Part shown: in pieces, positions 33,675 through 35,171 of the stretch | How the letters are laid out: every line of letters begins with the position of its first letter | Numbering within the stretch: the stretch's first letter is position 1 | Assembly: GCA_017613255.1 (NCBI GenBank) | Contig: JAGAEF010000335.1 | Coordinates: forward strand, 1 to 35,171 | Length of the DNA stretch: 35,171 nt | Source: Lentisphaeria bacterium | Lineage (GTDB): Bacteria; Verrucomicrobiota; Lentisphaeria; Victivallales; UBA1829 | Direction: 5' to 3' | The notes under the pieces: model-generated | The model's input: only the letters and a program-made list of their open reading frames with translations | What the model was told of the DNA's origin: nothing | Database searches by the model: none | Made by a program: the position numbers and the translations under genes

Positions 33675-34307
33675 ATGATCAGTCGCATTCTGTTTCAGGG
33701 AGACTCCATCACGGACGCGGACAGGTCGCGGGAGGAGAATCTCCCCCTCGGCAAGGGGCTGGGGACCGGCTACCCTCATCTGGCGGTCTCCCGGCTCATC
33801 ACCGACGATCCCGGCAGACCCTGGGTCATCTGGAACCGTGGCATAAGCGGGAACCATGTCCCCGCCCTGTACGGCCGCTGGGAAAAAGACGCTCTGGACC
33901 TGAAGCCGGATCTCATCAGCATCCTCATCGGGATCAACGACACCAACAGAAAGTTCGGTGTGGAGATCTCCCGGTTCGAAAAGGTGTATTCCGACCTGCT
34001 TTCCTGGACGAAAAAGACCCTTCCGGAAACGGAAATGGTCCTTATGGAGCCCTTCTGCTTCTGTTTCGGAGAGGTGGACGAAGCGCGGGAAAAGGATGTG
34101 AAGGAAAGAGGAAAGATCGTGAAAAAACTTGCGGAGGAGTTCCATGCCCTCTTTCTGCCTTGCCAGAGCATTCTGGACAAGGCGCTGGAACGGGCGCCCA
34201 AGGAGTTCTGGCTCCGGGACGGGATGCATCCCAACCCGGCGGGGCATCAGCTTCTGGCGGACGCCTGGATAGAGGCCGCGAAGGACCTTCTCGGCCTTTC
34301 CCGGTAG
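33675..34307 (+). CDS. SGNH/GDSL hydrolase, copy 2 (tandem paralog)
   Basis: FQGDSITD, NRGISG, IGIND, DGMHP. Collinear with copy 1. Confidence 0.92.
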   Translation: MISRILFQGDSITDADRSREENLPLGKGLGTGYPHLAVSRLITDDPGRPWVIWNRGISGNHVPALYGRWEKDALDLKPDLISILIGINDTNRKFGVEISRFEKVYSDLLSWTKKTLPETEMVLMEPFCFCFGEVDEAREKDVKERGKIVKKLAEEFHALFLPCQSILDKALERAPKEFWLRDGMHPNPAGHQLLADAWIEAAKDLLGLSR

Positions 34308-34354
34308 GAAATACTTTTTTCGAAAGGTTTTTTCGCAAAAAAACGGGAGAAGGC

Positions 34355-34382
34355 TTGTTTTTTGAAAAAGGCGTGATATATT
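34355..34382 (+). promoter_or_regulatory. Candidate promoter for the small basic protein gene
   Basis: cTTGTTT-N16-TATATT with a TG extension. Confidence 0.55.
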
Positions 34383-34469
34383 AAATGGTCTTGAATCGGA
34401 CCGTCCTGTCCGGTTCGGCTATTGCTGCGGAAGAACGCAACGGATAAACATAACAGCGGAGAAGAAAAA

Positions 34470-34628
34470 ATGTCCAGACATCCCAGTTTGAAAGGCACCG
34501 GAACCATCCGGAAAAAAAGAAATGTCCTCAAGCGTTTCGAGAGGATCAACCTCCTTACCGCCGACGGACGCTGGAAACCCGGTCAGAAGGTTCTCAACGG
34601 CCTTCCCAAGACCAAGCCCATCGACTGA
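34470..34628 (+). CDS. PVC-superphylum signature small basic protein (52 aa)
   Basis: MSRHPSLK......KRNVLKRFERI..L...GRW......GLPK matches the Chlamydiae/Verrucomicrobia/Planctomycetes small basic protein pattern. Confidence 0.9.
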   Translation: MSRHPSLKGTGTIRKKRNVLKRFERINLLTADGRWKPGQKVLNGLPKTKPID

Positions 34629-34668
34629 TGGAGACTGCATGGGTCCGCGATTCGCGGACGGCAGAATG

Positions 34669-34707
34669 AAAACGGGGCGTCTCAGGACGGACCCGTTTTT
34701 TTGTTTT
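34669..34707 (+). terminator. Rho-independent terminator
   Basis: AAAACGGG..CGTC-TCAG-GACG..CCCGTTTT followed by a T-rich tail. Confidence 0.7.
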
Positions 34708-34733
34708 CCGGAAAGAACAGTTGGAGAGGAATC

Positions 34734-35171
34734 ATGGCAAAAGGCACGCTCATACAGAAAATTCTCGAAAAACACATCGTTTCGGGCTCCCGCGTCCCGG
34801 GGGAGCCGGTTTCCATCCATATAGACCAGACCCTTACGCAGGACGCCACGGGGACCATGGCCTATCTGGAACTGGAGGCCATGAACATCGATCACGTGAA
34901 AACGGAGCTTTCCGTCTCCTACGTGGACCATAACATGATGCAGAACGGCCCGGAGAACCGGAACGATCACCTGTATCTGCAGAGCGTGGCCGCCGCCAAG
35001 GGCGTGATCTTCTCCCGCCCGGGGAACGGGATCTGCCATCAGGTGCATCTGGAGCGTTTCGGCGTGCCGGGGAAGACCCTTCTGGGGTCCGACTCCCATA
35101 CTCCCACCAACGGCGGCATCGGCATGATGGCCATCGGGGCGGGGGGGCTGGATGTGGCTCTTGCCATGGCC
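34734..35171 (+). CDS. Aconitate hydratase, 5' part (runs off the window; not in the ORF track)
   Basis: Hand translation: MAKGTLIQKILEKH...IDQTLTQDATGTMAYL...SYVDHN...PGNGICHQVHLERFG.PGKTLLGSDSHTPT.GG.GM.AIGAGGLDVA. Confidence 0.92.
   Translation, partial: MAKGTLIQKILEKHIVSGSRVPGEPVSIHIDQTLTQDATGTMAYLELEAMNIDHVKTELSVSYVDHNMMQNGPENRNDHLYLQSVAAAKGVIFSRPGNGICHQVHLERFGVPGKTLLGSDSHTPTNGGIGMMAIGAGGLDVALAMA

Noticed and set aside
29359-34247. 791-aa and 806-aa minus-strand ORFs
   Set aside because: Antisense to der, dapF, dapA and the SGNH genes.
33000-34307. Diversity-generating retroelement template/variable repeat pair
   Set aside because: Both copies are whole genes, the differences are not adenine-specific and include an indel, and the only RT hint in the window is a group II intron.

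Overview
About 35 kb of bacterial chromosome from a PVC-superphylum organism. The PVC signature 'small basic protein' lies at 34470-34628; Lentisphaerae/Victivallales is my inference from the DUF4838 protein and general gene style. The window opens with the last 98 nt (domains V-VI) of a class IIC group II intron. Next come a minus-strand rmuC-PHP-TatD-tcdA-HisJ-family operon and a carbohydrate locus (two Gfo/Idh/MocA oxidoreductases around a secreted DUF4838/CBM9-like protein, plus a divergent IolE-like TIM barrel). These are followed by metG, a hicAB module whose toxin has Cys in place of the catalytic His, a diverged IclR regulator and hypothetical genes. An 11.6-kb gene encodes a 3875-aa LEPR-XLL/DUF4347/beta-helix protein. 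The window ends with der-dapF-dapA, two tandem SGNH hydrolases, the PVC small basic protein and the 5' part of an aconitase. The best candidates for undescribed biology are the export route and modular build of the giant protein, a possible redox (non-Koshland) glycoside-cleavage locus, the substituted HicA, a recurring 16-nt-spacer promoter and the over-represented palindrome TTCCGGAA. All family calls come from motif recognition by eye, not from database searches.
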